A DNA stretch of 64,000 nucleotides from a virus. Positions 58,251 to 64,000 of this stretch are shown piece after piece. The position numbers and the translations under genes were made by a program. Under the pieces are notes generated by a model. That model did no database searches. It was not told the DNA's origin and worked only from the letters and a program-made list of their open reading frames with translations. Position 1 is the first letter of the stretch, and every line of letters begins with the position of its first letter. Where the stretch lies: positions 23,119-87,118 of IMG/VR virus record IMGVR_UViG_3300025423_000001; one strand, given 5' to 3'.

Positions 58251-59036
58251 ATGACCCTTGCATCACGATACAGAAAGAAATTCTGGCCTGGTGGGCAGAT
58301 GACCCCAGAGCAACAAAACATAGCCACAGGTGTGGGACAGGGGGCTGCTATTGTAGGCTCACTTGCTGATAGCTTGGGGCCGGCTGACACATACGGCAAG
58401 AAGTCACTATCCAGCAACATACTTGGTAATGCAGGAAAATACGCCTCAGCTGGGGCCACATTTGGGCCATGGGGAGCAGCTGCTGGTGCTGCCGTAGGTA
58501 TTGCCAAAGGCATTTTTGACAACGGACAACAACAAAAGGCAGCTGATGCTGCCCGTTACCAAGAGCAAGTACAACAGTCTCGTACCAACCAAGCACAGCT
58601 TGCAGCACGATATAATGCTAACCCTAATCTGCTACGCGGTAACACCAATAGCACTTACTACGCTAATGGCGGCCCGTTAGCTACAAAGTACCTTGGCCAG
58701 CAAAATGTCGCTAATCAAGAGACACAAGGCGGGGACGCCAACCCTATTTCATCCACAGCCAGCGAGTTCGACGGCCCATCACACGAAGACGGGGGCATAC
58801 AGATACCGGGGCAACAGGCTGAAGTGGAAGGAAATGAAAGCAGTGAAAACGGTTACGTCTTCTCTGACAGGCTTGGCTTTGCAGCCCCACATAAGAAGCT
58901 GGCCAGAGCCATAGGCAAAATAGAGCAGAAGACGATGAGCCCTGAAAGGATTACATCTTTAAAGCTGTTACGTGGGGAAATCAACAATCTCCGCCAGCAG
59001 CAAGAACAAGTTAAACAACAGCTAAACCTACAATAA
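58251..59036 (+). CDS. virion cargo/ejection protein
   Basis: Gly/Ala hydrophobic segment GPWGAAAGAAVG, GPSHEDGGI, EVEGNE, YVFSDRL. Confidence 0.7.
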   Translation: MTLASRYRKKFWPGGQMTPEQQNIATGVGQGAAIVGSLADSLGPADTYGKKSLSSNILGNAGKYASAGATFGPWGAAAGAAVGIAKGIFDNGQQQKAADAARYQEQVQQSRTNQAQLAARYNANPNLLRGNTNSTYYANGGPLATKYLGQQNVANQETQGGDANPISSTASEFDGPSHEDGGIQIPGQQAEVEGNESSENGYVFSDRLGFAAPHKKLARAIGKIEQKTMSPERITSLKLLRGEINNLRQQQEQVKQQLNLQ

Positions 59037-60001
59037 TGGTACGCAAAAACAGATTGGCAGTATACAAGAAATATGATGGGGGTGGCGCAATCGGGCCGGA
59101 TAACTGGTCTAACTCCCATCCTAACATCTCCCCGCTTGACCCACAACGCCCTGGGTTGATAGGCCCTTCCGACTGGATGCCAGGCACCCCCCTACGCAAA
59201 CGGTTTGTAGATAACAGCCCTGTACGCGTACAAGCTCCAATAGGCGAGATACCAGCCATGGCTGAGCCATCACGCCCGCTGCCAGCAATGCAAACGTTAC
59301 CAGAACCCCAGCAACCCCAGCCAAGGCAAAACGTGTTTAGCAATGCTATGAGCCATGCCTCAGACATCATGCCTTACGTTTCCAACTTCATCAACTCCAC
59401 CAGACGTGTACCGCTTCCACAACAGCCTGACACTGTAAGCCCCATCTCCCCTGCGCATGTGTACTACACAGCCGAGAATGCAGAGGCTGACAGGCAAACA
59501 AGAGGAGCTAACAGAAGCGCTGACAGGATGTTGGACGAAAACACTGCCGGAGCCGTAAGGGCTGGCAACCTTGCGCAGCAGATACGTGCCAAGAACTCCA
59601 TCAATGAGAATGAGGCCAACACCAACTCGCAGTTGAAGATGGAGGCCGACCGTACCAACGCTGGTATAGATGCACAGAACGTAGCTATCAGGAATGGTTA
59701 CAAGAATGCACAAACTGAAGCACAGATTGCACAACAAAGAGCTGAAAGCCAAAACATAGCTAATGCCGCTGACAAATACATCGGGCAGCAGAATGTGAAG
59801 AGTGCCCAGCAGTTGGATATGGCTAAATGGGATACTATGAAAACATTGTACAGCCGTAGCGGTGTAGCGGATAGGACATTCGGGCCTGATACTGTCTACG
59901 CGCAAAACCTTAAGCGTGACAACCCAGAGCTATACAACACGCTCTTTAACCAGAAGGCTTACGGTGGTAAGATGAAATCACGCAAACCTGTGTTTGCTTA
60001 A
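59036..60001 (+). CDS. virion cargo/ejection protein
   Basis: Asn/Ala/Gln-rich helical protein in the cargo cluster. Confidence 0.6.
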   Translation: MVRKNRLAVYKKYDGGGAIGPDNWSNSHPNISPLDPQRPGLIGPSDWMPGTPLRKRFVDNSPVRVQAPIGEIPAMAEPSRPLPAMQTLPEPQQPQPRQNVFSNAMSHASDIMPYVSNFINSTRRVPLPQQPDTVSPISPAHVYYTAENAEADRQTRGANRSADRMLDENTAGAVRAGNLAQQIRAKNSINENEANTNSQLKMEADRTNAGIDAQNVAIRNGYKNAQTEAQIAQQRAESQNIANAADKYIGQQNVKSAQQLDMAKWDTMKTLYSRSGVADRTFGPDTVYAQNLKRDNPELYNTLFNQKAYGGKMKSRKPVFA

Positions 60002-60013
60002 ACTACTATACAG

Positions 60014-62245
60014 ATGGGACTATATGACGGATACCAGTTAGCTAACAGCCAAGGGATAAAGACTTACCAAGGCTCCACTGTGCCAGAGATGGTACAGGTG
60101 AGCCAGCAGTTGCAGGATAGATATGATAAGACGCTAGATACAATGGATGCCATGGGCAGGTTTATGAACACGCTGCAAGCACTACCACAAGATAAACCTG
60201 AGTTACGGGCAATGGCTCAAGAATACAGAAACAAGCTTTCTGGGCTGGCTCAGAAAAAAGACCTTGAGAATAGTCTAAGGGAGACGACATTGTTAGCCAA
60301 TAATCTTTCACAAGACTATGCACCATTTGCAGAAAGGATGCAACAGAGAGCAGCCCTATCCACAGACCTTAGCAAGCGGGTAGAAGATGGTAAAATTACC
60401 AATGACACTTATAAGCAGGCGATGGATATGCACGACAAGCTAAACGGGCCTATCCAAACAGATGTGGACACTGGCAGACGTATCGGCAAGTATGCTGCAC
60501 AGCCTATTTCTAATGACATAGATTTTAGCAAAAAAGTGGACGACTGGTATAGGAGGTCTAAGCCTGTAGTGAATGGTGAGTCTGTGGACTTTGTAAACGG
60601 TCAGTGGATAGGTTCCCAAAGCCATAAAGTGGTTGACATGGCTCCTGAAAAATTACGACAAATCGTTAACGAAGGGATAGCTAATGACCCGGAAGCTCGT
60701 GGCTGGATAAAGCAACAGCAACAACTTGGAACCTATAACCTTAACTATACTCCTAAAGACCTTGAAGGATTAGACCTCGGTCAAACCGTAGAGCAAAGGC
60801 TGCAAAGAAACCCAGATGGTAGTATAGCTGTGGGAAAAGACAAGCAACCTCTTACCACTAACATCAGTCTTGGACAGGCCATCCACGAGCGTACAGCTAA
60901 AGGAGAGGATTTGAATGATATAATGCGTTCTTACGCCAGCCAAAACATACTTGACAACATTATCCTACATGCCCACAATTATGCAATAGGAAAGTATGCA
61001 CAGCATGATGTGGAAATTGGTAAAGGGCTTAGGGAAAATTCTTATGAAAAAGACCAGATACCTGTGTTCCCTGTTAATATGTTACAGCCTGTGCCTGGAA
61101 GCCAATACAGCCATCCAACAGAGATTGAAGATGCTATCAAGAACTATGACAACGCTAATAGCGATGCATATCAAAAAATGCTTGCTTGGATGCAACTCAA
61201 CAATGTAAGTCCTGTGGATGCTAGTGGCAAACCGGCTAATCCATTGGATGCTTCTACCAAATTTGTAGATGCCAAGGGTAACGAAAAGACTTCAGAGGGA
61301 AGAAAGTTCGTAGACATGATGCACCAGGCCAATGATGCTGCACAGCAACTACGGGATAAACAAGCAAGCCTGATGAAAAAAGCAGGATTTCAGAATGGTA
61401 AGGCTGATGGTGAAATAGCTAAGCAAGCCAAAGAAGCTTATGACTTTATACTACAAAATGGTTTAAAATCATACCCGAATGGCACAACACCAGAAGTTGA
61501 AGCTGACCTTAAAAGGCAAGCCAGAGATGCCTACGACCTGACAATGGCCCAAGACCCACGATACAATAAGTTTAAACAGTACATGGCAGAAGATGCTCAG
61601 AATAATTCAGTGCCAGTTGGTTTCAAAAAGTTTGACAACGAAAAAGTCAACAAGGCAATTGAAGGGCATTTTAAAGATACAAACCTGAATCTTGGCTTTA
61701 ACAATGCAGTCCAAGGTATGGAATGGGCAAGTGGTGAGTCTGCTGGTAAACCGTTAGATGCAGACAGCTATAAAAAGATTGTTGGTAATGCTTCCTTTGC
61801 CGGCGCCGGTATAGATGCTGATGGTAAGTACAAGATGCTGTTTAAAGCCGGGCCGGATACAACAGACAAGAATGGTAAGCCGCTTGGAGACAATGTGCTT
61901 GTAAAAATACCAGCATACCCAGGCATTGCAGAAGAAATGGTTAAGCAAAACCTTATTGGCCCTGCAGAGCAATACATTGCACAAGCAATGGGAGCTGCAC
62001 ACACATCCACCAACAAATCTACAAGGATACAACTTGGTACAGGCATGTTTGTAGATTTCAGGCAAATACAGCCTTCAGACAAAAGTTCATATTACAACAA
62101 CCCAGATGCTAATTACATCATCACATACTATGGCAAAGACGGAAAGTCAAAAGAAGTTGCTGCCAGTTCAATAGATGAAGCTGCTCAGGGTATTATTCAA
62201 ACACTACAAAACCATAAAGAAGATGCCCCCAGGATTCGACCTTAG
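60014..62245 (+). CDS. virion cargo protein
   Basis: 743 aa helical ORF preceding the large cargo gene; synteny. Confidence 0.6.
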   Translation: MGLYDGYQLANSQGIKTYQGSTVPEMVQVSQQLQDRYDKTLDTMDAMGRFMNTLQALPQDKPELRAMAQEYRNKLSGLAQKKDLENSLRETTLLANNLSQDYAPFAERMQQRAALSTDLSKRVEDGKITNDTYKQAMDMHDKLNGPIQTDVDTGRRIGKYAAQPISNDIDFSKKVDDWYRRSKPVVNGESVDFVNGQWIGSQSHKVVDMAPEKLRQIVNEGIANDPEARGWIKQQQQLGTYNLNYTPKDLEGLDLGQTVEQRLQRNPDGSIAVGKDKQPLTTNISLGQAIHERTAKGEDLNDIMRSYASQNILDNIILHAHNYAIGKYAQHDVEIGKGLRENSYEKDQIPVFPVNMLQPVPGSQYSHPTEIEDAIKNYDNANSDAYQKMLAWMQLNNVSPVDASGKPANPLDASTKFVDAKGNEKTSEGRKFVDMMHQANDAAQQLRDKQASLMKKAGFQNGKADGEIAKQAKEAYDFILQNGLKSYPNGTTPEVEADLKRQARDAYDLTMAQDPRYNKFKQYMAEDAQNNSVPVGFKKFDNEKVNKAIEGHFKDTNLNLGFNNAVQGMEWASGESAGKPLDADSYKKIVGNASFAGAGIDADGKYKMLFKAGPDTTDKNGKPLGDNVLVKIPAYPGIAEEMVKQNLIGPAEQYIAQAMGAAHTSTNKSTRIQLGTGMFVDFRQIQPSDKSSYYNNPDANYIITYYGKDGKSKEVAASSIDEAAQGIIQTLQNHKEDAPRIRP

Positions 62246-64000
62246 TAAAGTAGTAGACCCGTCACAATCCTCAGCTAAGCCTTCCAAATCGGGAGGCTTT
62301 GACTTAGATAAAGTAAATGACGGTAGAAATGGCACAGGTAGTGGCTCACTTCCCGGCAGTTTGTCTGGTTTAGACTTTAATAACTACAGTTTCCAACCTA
62401 AACTGGATGTAGATAACAATCTTCTACGCGCACAGAATCAATCTTGGTATAGCCAACTGGGTAAAAGCTTAGGCAATGCTGTGGCCAACACAGCCACCGG
62501 AGCCGTGCAGGGCTTAGGCTATCTCGGCACCATATTCCAAGGAGACAACAGCTACACCAACGACTGGGTACAGTTCTTCGATAAGCCCGGCATACACAAC
62601 CCATTCGGCGACATCTACACAGAGCATCCTGACAAGGAATTCGACCCAGGGGACTTTGGTAGCTACGCCAAATGGCTCCAGTCCACGGCTGAAGGTGCTG
62701 GCGCACTAGGGCTGATGATGTGGGGGATGGGCGAAGGCACACTTGGATTAGCCAATGCCCTCAATGACGGCCTCAAGCTTGGTACTACAGCAGCCAAGAT
62801 TACCCGTGGTGTGGCCCAATTTGGTACCGCAGCCTTGAACAGTTACGTGATGGGAGCCATGTCCGGCAAACAAGTGTACGAAGACAGTTACCAGAAGCAG
62901 TACCTCAAGAACCTTGCCTCAGGCATGGCTATGGAAGATGCAGACAAAGCTGCCAAGAGCAAGGCTGGTGAAGCTGCAGCTGCAACTGTCCACATGACCG
63001 TGGCACTTAACACACTCCTGAACCTTGGTACAGTGGCTTCCATGTTTAAGGAACCATCGGCTGAGATACAACAGTTCATGGAAGGAGCCGGCAAAAGGCT
63101 GGAAGGAGAAAGCAGGGCTGCATGGCAAGAACGTATCAAGGGTATGCAGATGTCTGACCCAGAAGTATCCAAGATATTCAACCCCCGTCATGGTATCAAC
63201 TCTATGATAGCTGAAGGAGCCAAGGGAGGCTTGGAGATGGTGAACATGGGTGTGGCCACCAAGCAGGGTGAGCGTATTGGCAGCGACAAAGAAACTGATG
63301 ACGGTGTGGGTGGGTTGGTGAGAGGCTACTTTGACCACTATGGGGAAGACGCACTGACAGGCAAGGGCTTGTATGACTTCGTGTTCGGTGCAGCCCTTGG
63401 CCCGGCCCAGGCATTCTTACTCGATAGCATCCCTGCCAAGTTCACAGCCTACGACAAAGACAACAATGTAGTACACAAACAGGATGCAGATGGCAACTTG
63501 CAGTACAAGGATGGCAAACCTGTATATGAGCAGCACTTTGTAAGCTCCAAGGCTTACAACGGCAGGGCTGCACGGGCCTATTTTGACAACGTGAAAGATG
63601 CCGTACTTGACCACATAGACACTGTGAACAAACTCAATACCCAACTTGCAGAGGCTACCACCAAAGGAGACCATCTGAAGGCTGAGCAGATACGCGGGCA
63701 ACTTTTTGGCACCAATGCCATTGATGCTGTCATCAATCGTGCCACTGATAGCTGGAAGGAAGAGTACCGCCAAATAGCCAAGATGGACAACACCAAGGAC
63801 TTAGGGGAGCAGATGCAACCTAAGATTGATGCTTTGGGACAGCAGATTGAAGAGGCTAGGCAGAAAGGCGAGGACACTGGTGACCTGGAGAAACAGCTCA
63901 AAAGCCTGACTGATTCACAGAAGACCCAAGCCGGCCACACTGAGGCTACGATAGCAGGCTATGCCAAAGATAACACTGACCACGAGTACAAGGCTAAGGC
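62223..64000 (+). CDS. large virion cargo protein, 3' truncated by the window (virion RNA polymerase cluster by synteny)
   Basis: MPPGFDLSK...LRAQNQSWYSQLGKSLGNAV; I translated only the start, and its absence from the ORF track is consistent with no stop before the window end. Confidence 0.7.
   Translation, partial: MPPGFDLSKVVDPSQSSAKPSKSGGFDLDKVNDGRNGTGSGSLPGSLSGLDFNNYSFQPKLDVDNNLLRAQNQSWYSQLGKSLGNAVANTATGAVQGLGYLGTIFQGDNSYTNDWVQFFDKPGIHNPFGDIYTEHPDKEFDPGDFGSYAKWLQSTAEGAGALGLMMWGMGEGTLGLANALNDGLKLGTTAAKITRGVAQFGTAALNSYVMGAMSGKQVYEDSYQKQYLKNLASGMAMEDADKAAKSKAGEAAAATVHMTVALNTLLNLGTVASMFKEPSAEIQQFMEGAGKRLEGESRAAWQERIKGMQMSDPEVSKIFNPRHGINSMIAEGAKGGLEMVNMGVATKQGERIGSDKETDDGVGGLVRGYFDHYGEDALTGKGLYDFVFGAALGPAQAFLLDSIPAKFTAYDKDNNVVHKQDADGNLQYKDGKPVYEQHFVSSKAYNGRAARAYFDNVKDAVLDHIDTVNKLNTQLAEATTKGDHLKAEQIRGQLFGTNAIDAVINRATDSWKEEYRQIAKMDNTKDLGEQMQPKIDALGQQIEEARQKGEDTGDLEKQLKSLTDSQKTQAGHTEATIAGYAKDNTDHEYKAK

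Noticed and set aside
39490-63940. Many minus-strand ORFs in the structural module (and plus-strand ORFs in the replication module)
   Set aside because: Antisense shadows of well-supported genes with no recognisable motifs
1-64000. Stop-codon reassignment (TAG or TGA) as in some crAss-like phages
   Set aside because: Long genes are intact under the standard code, TAG and TGA both end genes at sensible places, and I saw no suppressor tRNA
1-64000. CRISPR array, diversity-generating retroelement, integrase, inteins
   Set aside because: I saw no repeat-spacer array, reverse transcriptase, recombinase or intein splice motifs

Overview
This window is about 64 kb of a crAss-like (Crassvirales-type) phage genome, most likely infecting a Bacteroidota host. 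The host call rests on TAnnTTTG promoter boxes and the absence of Shine-Dalgarno sequences. The standard genetic code applies. Layout: (1) a short + strand lysis/accessory block (198-2342). (2) A long - strand block (2451-33944) for replication and nucleotide metabolism: flap endonuclease, HNH, rIIA/rIIB, primase, MazG, AAA ATPase, DnaB-like, SF2 and Dda/RecD-like helicases, dNMP kinase and PolA, followed by many small early genes. (3) A divergent control region containing repL (about 33400-36270). (4) A + strand packaging and virion block: TerL, portal, major capsid protein, ring proteins, muzzle and cargo proteins, the last of which runs off the window. Elements missing from the ORF track: a group I intron (5204-6352, encoding a LAGLIDADG endonuclease) that splits rIIB; a thyX remnant; a tmRNA with an unusually long 23-residue tag; three further structured intergenic RNA candidates; hairpins sharing a UUUCUA loop; and a split muzzle gene carrying a cadherin/PA14-like/DUF5977 adhesin insert. 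All family calls come from motif recognition by eye. No database searches or folding programs were run.
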